From NCBI GenBank assembly GCA_027923505.1, contig BROI01000002.1:372001-436000 (forward strand): a stretch of 64,000 nucleotides of DNA. The letters run 5' to 3'. Every line of letters starts with the position of its first letter. Positions within the stretch are counted from its first letter, which is position 1. This DNA is from Mayamaea pseudoterrestris. Its lineage: Eukaryota. The notes under the pieces are model-generated. The model saw only the letters and a program-made list of their open reading frames with translations. It was not told where the DNA came from and did no database searches. The position numbers and the translations under genes are program-made. Positions 58,049 to 64,000 of the stretch are shown here, in pieces.

Positions 58049-61000
58049 ATGTACTTTGGAAACGCTAGCCAGTCTCTAACTAGTAGCCGCTCGCTCGGAG
58101 CACCCCAAGCTTCAAATGGCACCCGAAGTGGGGACGACGGACAAGATTTGCAGTCACCGTTCCATCAAGGCGGAGGCAGCTTTTCTGCCGTTGTTACGAC
58201 CCCTACGCACCAACCAACTGGTTTACCAAGCAAGCCTCCTGTTACCGTCAACCTTGGAGACAAGGGACAGGCGACTGTCATGGCGATTCCTTCCTTTGGA
58301 GCCGATCCAGCCATCAAGGCGCATGCCTACGACTCCATCCTCCGTCAACTCGAAGGGACGGGCGCTACTAGTAACGCCATTGCCTCTGCCTTCCTTACCA
58401 TCTTTGATGGCGTCATGTCTACTAAAGCGGCCGTCAATGCTGCTATTAAAACGCAAGCTGAGTTCCGTGACAAGCTTTTCAAAGTCAAGTTCATCGAGGA
58501 TTTTACTTTCCTTTCAAGCGACGGCAGCGACATCAAAGGAGGCCTCGATCCTAATCCAAGCAAGCGCCCCGACGACATCAAGTATGTTCGCATGCACTTG
58601 CGTATCCCGGTCAAGGAGCTCCGTCTCCATGCTCACATTGTCGCCAAGGAAGACATTCGCCTCACCGGCTGCCTCGAACTGCCGACGACTTTTCCCTTGA
58701 TGGACATGACGATGCCGACGATGGCCATTACCTCCCTCAGTGTTGATCATTTCGGCTCCTCTGCTTATTCAACGCCCAATATGACGCGCAAACGCAAGAC
58801 CAACATTGAAACGACGGCAGCTTCGACGCGTTCCGGCAGCACCAAGCGCGGAGCACCTCCACCCGTCGAAGGAGGTGCGGGCCAGTTGGATGCGGGCCAG
58901 TCAGGCGGATCCGGCCGCGAAGCGACACCTCCAGCGACACCTCCACCAGCAACACCTCCACCAACCACTGGTGACGATTCAAATGCTACTGTCGAGGCGC
59001 CTCCAACTGCTACTGTCGAGGCGCCTCCAAAGAACACCTTCACCTTTGGTACATTTGCCGGCCCAGCAGGCATTATGGATCAGCAGCTCGAGTTTGATGA
59101 GGTCTTTGGTCCTCAACCATGCCTCCTCTTTGTGGAAAAGGACAAGTATTCGGCCAAGATCAACAGTTCTACTGTCACTAACAACATCAAGAAGATTGAT
59201 CAAGAGCTCTACTGCAGTGTCTTTCTGTCGATTTACCGCGAGCATTATGTCGGCGAAACATCTACAGCTCCTTCTCTGCAGAGCAACATGGATCTTATCC
59301 AGCGCCTTCAACAAGTCAAGCTCTCGACATGCCCGACCATTGCCGACTACCTGCACCGCTTCGTCAGTCTCTCTGATGATCTAAAGGGTGAGCCTGTCGA
59401 CTGGATGTGCGACATTACCGAGCTCTTCTACAATAACCTCTCCACCGACGTCAAGTCCGCCTTGGCTACCAATCCTTGCTTCTTCAAACCTGAGTCACGC
59501 CATTTCCAATGCGCCGATGAGCACCGCGCTGGCATCTCCGTCATCTGGAATCTTGCCAATAAGGAATATCAACGCCTTGCGGATCAAACCTCCTCCATCA
59601 TTGCTGCTATTGAGCTCAAGCAGCAGTCCCTCGCCGCCCATGCCGCCCAGGCTGCTCACGCCGCTCATCATGGCGTTCAAGTCTATCATGATCAACATTC
59701 TTTTCACTTGCCAACTACTGCATCTCCAAGCCGCCCACCGTCTGGCCGTAATCACGTGACTTTCAACGACTCACCATCGGGTATCCTGCGCCCAAGTCAC
59801 CTCTCCGCCTACAACTCTTCCCCAGCTGAACAGACTCTCCGTCGCTATCAGTCTCCTCTCTCGGCTGCTATTCCAGATGGAGCAACTTACACGTATTCCA
59901 TCTTCCCTTGGCTTCCGCCCCACATTCGCAATAACCCTTCTGAAGTGCATGCACCTCGCCCTCGCAACACTCGCATTTGCCTTTGGTGCTTTGAGACTGG
60001 CCATACCTTCCGCCAATGCCCTGCCGAAGGGTCTCGCACGCCTGAAGCTGAGCAACAATTCTTCTCCAACTGGAATATTGCACGTGGCATGATTATTGAG
60101 GACCGCGCTAACCGTGAATCCAGAGCCAGTCTCCGCCAAGCCAACCCTGCTTCCAGCACTACTTCACAGTGGCAACCATCGGCCGCCGTCGCCGCTCATC
60201 ACACTACTGCTCACCGTCACATTAATAACGAGCCTTCTTGGATGACTCGAGATGCAGCTCGCTCCTCGGCCGCACCCTCCGCTCCTCCCCAACCTGACGA
60301 TGACGTGCACTTCTCCGCGCCCTCCTACTTTGGTGCCATTGCCTCCTACCGCATTCAGGCTCAACCAGCTCCAGGCGCCGTTGTTCCTTTTGCCAATCCT
60401 GTTGATGACAATCTCCCTTTCATCACCTTTGTCATCGGTTCTACTGGCAATGACTTCCCCATCACCGCCCTTTTCGACACGGGTTCCACTTCAACTTTGG
60501 GCAACAAGTCCTACCACATCAAATTCTCTGCCGATCATCCATCCGCTGTTGCCAAGTGGTATCACGCCGGCGACAGCATCAACCCAGCTGTTGCCATGGG
60601 ACTGACCGGCATTGTGGCCGATGACGGCCGGCCATCTACCACCTGCCTCAACGACATTGTGGTTTACAACACTCCTGTTGGTGAATGGTCCGTTGCAGTT
60701 GGAGATCATGTCAGCCTACCTACTGTGATGGGCCGCGCCGATCAAAAGCGCTTTGACATGTACTTGATGAAGGTGAACGGCAAGGATGTGATCCGCTCTT
60801 TCAAGCATCGGCAAGACTACACAGTCATCTACCGTCCTCCAACGAATATTAGCCCTCTTCCTCCAGCCACTTCAGCGGCTATCCATCCCTCTTTACCGGT
60901 ACCTTCTCCTCCAGTTGCTCATGCCGCCACCCTCCTACCAAGCCTCGCACCCTCGCTACCTTCACCACCAATTGCAGCCATTCCACCTCCTACTGAGCCC

Positions 61001-61105
61001 TCGTCTCCAGCCTCCTCTCATCCATCCTTGGACGTCCCTTTCGGCACTCATCTGGCGTCCGTCAACAACCTCGCTGAGCACTTGGCCACTAACCGCCCCA
61101 TCTAG
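58049..61105 (+). CDS. Gypsy ORF1: Gag with zinc knuckle plus aspartic protease
   Basis: CLWCFETGHTFRQC (~59978-60019), ALFDTGS and VMGR protease motifs; ends at TAG 61103-61105. Confidence 0.85.
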   Translation: MYFGNASQSLTSSRSLGAPQASNGTRSGDDGQDLQSPFHQGGGSFSAVVTTPTHQPTGLPSKPPVTVNLGDKGQATVMAIPSFGADPAIKAHAYDSILRQLEGTGATSNAIASAFLTIFDGVMSTKAAVNAAIKTQAEFRDKLFKVKFIEDFTFLSSDGSDIKGGLDPNPSKRPDDIKYVRMHLRIPVKELRLHAHIVAKEDIRLTGCLELPTTFPLMDMTMPTMAITSLSVDHFGSSAYSTPNMTRKRKTNIETTAASTRSGSTKRGAPPPVEGGAGQLDAGQSGGSGREATPPATPPPATPPPTTGDDSNATVEAPPTATVEAPPKNTFTFGTFAGPAGIMDQQLEFDEVFGPQPCLLFVEKDKYSAKINSSTVTNNIKKIDQELYCSVFLSIYREHYVGETSTAPSLQSNMDLIQRLQQVKLSTCPTIADYLHRFVSLSDDLKGEPVDWMCDITELFYNNLSTDVKSALATNPCFFKPESRHFQCADEHRAGISVIWNLANKEYQRLADQTSSIIAAIELKQQSLAAHAAQAAHAAHHGVQVYHDQHSFHLPTTASPSRPPSGRNHVTFNDSPSGILRPSHLSAYNSSPAEQTLRRYQSPLSAAIPDGATYTYSIFPWLPPHIRNNPSEVHAPRPRNTRICLWCFETGHTFRQCPAEGSRTPEAEQQFFSNWNIARGMIIEDRANRESRASLRQANPASSTTSQWQPSAAVAAHHTTAHRHINNEPSWMTRDAARSSAAPSAPPQPDDDVHFSAPSYFGAIASYRIQAQPAPGAVVPFANPVDDNLPFITFVIGSTGNDFPITALFDTGSTSTLGNKSYHIKFSADHPSAVAKWYHAGDSINPAVAMGLTGIVADDGRPSTTCLNDIVVYNTPVGEWSVAVGDHVSLPTVMGRADQKRFDMYLMKVNGKDVIRSFKHRQDYTVIYRPPTNISPLPPATSAAIHPSLPVPSPPVAHAATLLPSLAPSLPSPPIAAIPPPTEPSSPASSHPSLDVPFGTHLASVNNLAEHLATNRPI

Positions 61106-64000
61106 GGGTGCCGCTCAGTGAGTAGCCTCGCTGAGCCTTCGTCATCTTTTGCATCATGGCCGGCCGCTCCATTGACCGACTCTGCCTGCCAAGATAATGT
61201 TTCAGCCAAGGCCTTTGCCATTGACGTTCCTCCCAAACGATGGCGCCCCAAGCCGCAAGCTGCCTACCATCCCACTGATGAGTATAACCTGCCCGACAGC
61301 TTCTTCATTCACCGGAAACTTGGCAAAGGAGCGGTTGATGTGAGCATTGACGAGCTGCCTCCTCGTGATGACCTCCTGCATTATGATTCCCTCAAGCACA
61401 AACCATTCATGGAGAAGCACCTCAAGATCGATGCCACTTGCCCTGCCAACATTGCAGCTATCATCAAGGAAACAATCATTCGCAACTTTGATGCATTTGA
61501 TGAGGAAGGCGTCCGACGCCCTGCTAGAGGCATTCTCTTTCACATTGACACTGGCAGTGCTCAGCCCATCTGCGTTCCTCAGCCTCGCTACGGTGTGCAT
61601 GAAGCCCCCATCATGCAACAGCAAATTGATGCTCTCCTCCACAATGGCATGATCAAGCGCAACTATGGACCATGGGCTATGAAACTTGTCCTTGCTCCCA
61701 AGCCCCACCAAGAAGACATTGAGGACATCACTGATTTCATCTGGCGCATGTGTGTCAACTTCCAGCCACTCAACAAGATTACCCTCCTCTTTCGCTACTG
61801 GATTCCCCGTTGCGCCGACGCCTTGCAACTTCTCAATGATAGCCAAGGCCCCTTGTTTGCTATCAGCGTCGATGCCGACAGTGGCTTCCACCAGATTGGA
61901 GTCACCGACGAGACACATGATAAGCTGGCATTCTGGGGTCCCGACCAGCAGAAATATGCCTACACAGTCATGCCATTCGGTCCTACCAACTGCCCTTCCG
62001 TCTTCCAGTGCCTCATGGGCAAGGTCACTGATTACTGCAAGAAACTGATTGCTGCAGGTCTTCCACCAAGTCAAGCAGCCTCCGGCGCCATGTATGTCAT
62101 CAAGAATGTGATCGACGATCTCCTACTGCTCTCCAATGACCGTCACTACCTTTGCTACGTCTTTGACTGCCTCTGTCAAGCATTCATTCACTTCCGGCTC
62201 ACCTTCAAGTTGAAGAAATGCGACTTCTTCTTCAATCGCCTGGAATGGCTTGGTCACGACTGGACTCCCTCTGGCAATGTTCCTGCCCAATCCAAGTTTG
62301 ACTTGATCCGCAACTGGGCCTTGCCCACAACGTCGCAAGCCCTCAACTCCTTCGTCAGCTTCTGTGGCTTCTACCGCAATTACCTACCTTTCTTTGAATA
62401 TATCATCACACCACTTCGCCAGCTTATCCGACAGCACAAGCACTCATCCATCCCTCATACCGCCTGGTCTCCAGTTCTCCTCAAGCTTTTCAACCAACTC
62501 AAAGCCGCCATCACATCTTCTCCCTGCCTAGCCCGTGCCGATTCCTCTACACCCTTCTTCATCAAAACTGACTGGTCTGCCAAGAGTGTTGCCTCCATTC
62601 TCATGCAACCAGACAACTCCGCTGCCTCTCGAGCTGCACTTCTCGCCATGGATGCTGGTGCAGCATGCGCCTTTGACAAAACCAAATCTGGTGCCCGCCT
62701 GCGTCCTATCAGCTTCAACCAGCGGAATTGCTCGGAAATTGAGACCCACTATCATTCCTTTGTGGGAGAGGCCGCGGCTGGTCGCTACGGCATTCACATT
62801 AACCGTCACTTCCTCTGGGGTAAGAAGTTTTACTGGCTCTGTGACTGCAATGCCATCTCTGCACTGCTTTCCTACGAGGGTGACAACCATCTCCTTCGGC
62901 GCTGGGCCATGGACCTTCTTGGCTATACCTTCGAGATCATCCATCGTCCTGAACGCATGATGCAAGATGTTGACGCCTTGAGCCGCCATTACGCACACTG
63001 TGATCCCTTGGTCCGGCAATATAACCTGCAGAGTGATGCCTTGCGCGCCGCCAGCTTCACTGCCAACCCAAGTCAGTTTCTTCCCGTTCCCATGAGTGCA
63101 CTTTCTGCACGAGGCTCCTATATTCCACCAAGCCAGCCTCCCTCAGCTACCTCCACCGCTGCCTTCTCCATCATGGATCCCCTGCCCTCGCCTGCCACTG
63201 TGCCTTCTACGCTATCAACATTCAGCACCATTCTCTGCAGTCATGGCATTCGCTCCTCCGCACGTCAATCGCCTACCAGCGTCATACCAGCCAACCCAAC
63301 TGCACCTCCTACCCTTCAGCACCTCCTTCATTGCGGAGTCAATGTTTCCTCCCCTGTGCACTCCTCTCCCTTGCCCGTCTGCAGTGACTCCAGCGCCATT
63401 GCATCCCACCTTGTGCATCAGCACTATCTTCCCTGGTTATCCATCAATAGCCCACCTGGCGTCCATGCCCTCAGCCATGACTGCATTTTGCCATCAAATC
63501 TTCTTCTGCTCCATCAGTGTGATTCTCGCCGTCAACTCTGTCAGCGCCTCCACTCTGCAAGCATTCATCGCACCTACGACCCGACAGCCCCCATCTTGTC
63601 CGATGCATCAACCCTTGCTGGCTTCTCTTCCTTCGCTGGCTGCGACTCTACCTACTCACCACGTGACGGCCTTCTTTCCACATGGTTATCCTCAACTCTT
63701 GCCCTCTTCACTGGCCTCAGTCACTCCCATGCTCTGCGCCACTTTGTCATCATTATTCCAACGACCATGAGCCCTTCACCATCCTCTACATCAAGTCCAC
63801 CTGCCTACCCTGACTTTGTTGCACCATGTCTTCATCTCCATTCCTCCTCTTGGACAAGCCATGCCTCCATCTCCTGGAGCCAGGACTTTGGTGATCGCAT
63901 TTCTCGAGGCACTCTCTACATTTTTGGTGTCTCCACCTCGGTTGCCGACTGCTCTTCCTTGCTCTCTGCCATCAGCACATTGCCTACCCTCGGCGCGGAT
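61106..64000 (+). CDS. Gypsy Pol (RT - RNase H - extra domain), same frame as ORF1, open to window end (absent from ORF track)
   Basis: Hand translation gives WRMCVNFQPLN, VDADSGFHQI, MPFGPTN, NVIDD, KCDFF, WLGH; RNase H KTDWS, VGEAAA, LCDC, DVDALSR. No stop was seen up to 64000. Confidence 0.9.

Larger units (their letters stand above)
57733..64000 (+). mobile_element. Ty3/gypsy LTR retrotransposon, extends beyond the window (5' LTR ends ...TGTCA at 57882; LTR start approximate)
   Basis: LTR end, PBS, then gag-PR-RT-RH order with gypsy-type RT motifs. Confidence 0.92.

Noticed and set aside
58921..59030. PPATPP and ATVEAPP tandem repeats in gypsy Gag; EIEGVP repeats in copia (~5440-5570)
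   Set aside because: Ordinary slippage duplications in disordered linkers.
61202..63770. ORF-track ORFs 61202-62074(-), 62528-63019(-), 63096-63770(+)
   Set aside because: Shadow or off-frame ORFs; the real Pol frame (61106 to window end) was missed by the track because it has no stop in the window.

Overview
Gene-dense eukaryotic nuclear DNA with short GT-AG introns, many CAG/polyQ tracts and signal-peptide-plus-Phe plastid presequences. It is most consistent with a (pennate) diatom, but that assignment is inference. It holds about 24 protein genes, including three HSF-domain paralogues, thymidylate kinase, enoyl-CoA hydratase, PPR, DnaJ, GH38 alpha-mannosidase, NOP53, OSCA/TMEM63, ABC1 kinase, MTFP1, a mitochondrial carrier, a fatty-acid hydroxylase and SLC35F5. 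It also holds a divergent U6 snRNA gene with TATA box (minus strand, 21543-21652), a damaged Ty1/copia (CoDi-type) element with only one recognisable LTR, and a Ty3/gypsy element running off the window end. The gypsy element is the most interesting part. Gag-protease and RT-RNaseH lie in the SAME frame, separated by one UAG that is followed by a 7-nt spacer and a 10-bp hairpin (a gammaretrovirus-like readthrough signal with a competing upstream arm). After RNase H the frame continues into what looks like a catalytically degenerate C5 DNA-methyltransferase-like domain. Also noted: a recurring TACCGGTA intergenic palindrome, a 1-nt intron shift among the HSF paralogues, and three single-site lesions. 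All calls were made by eye; no searches were run.
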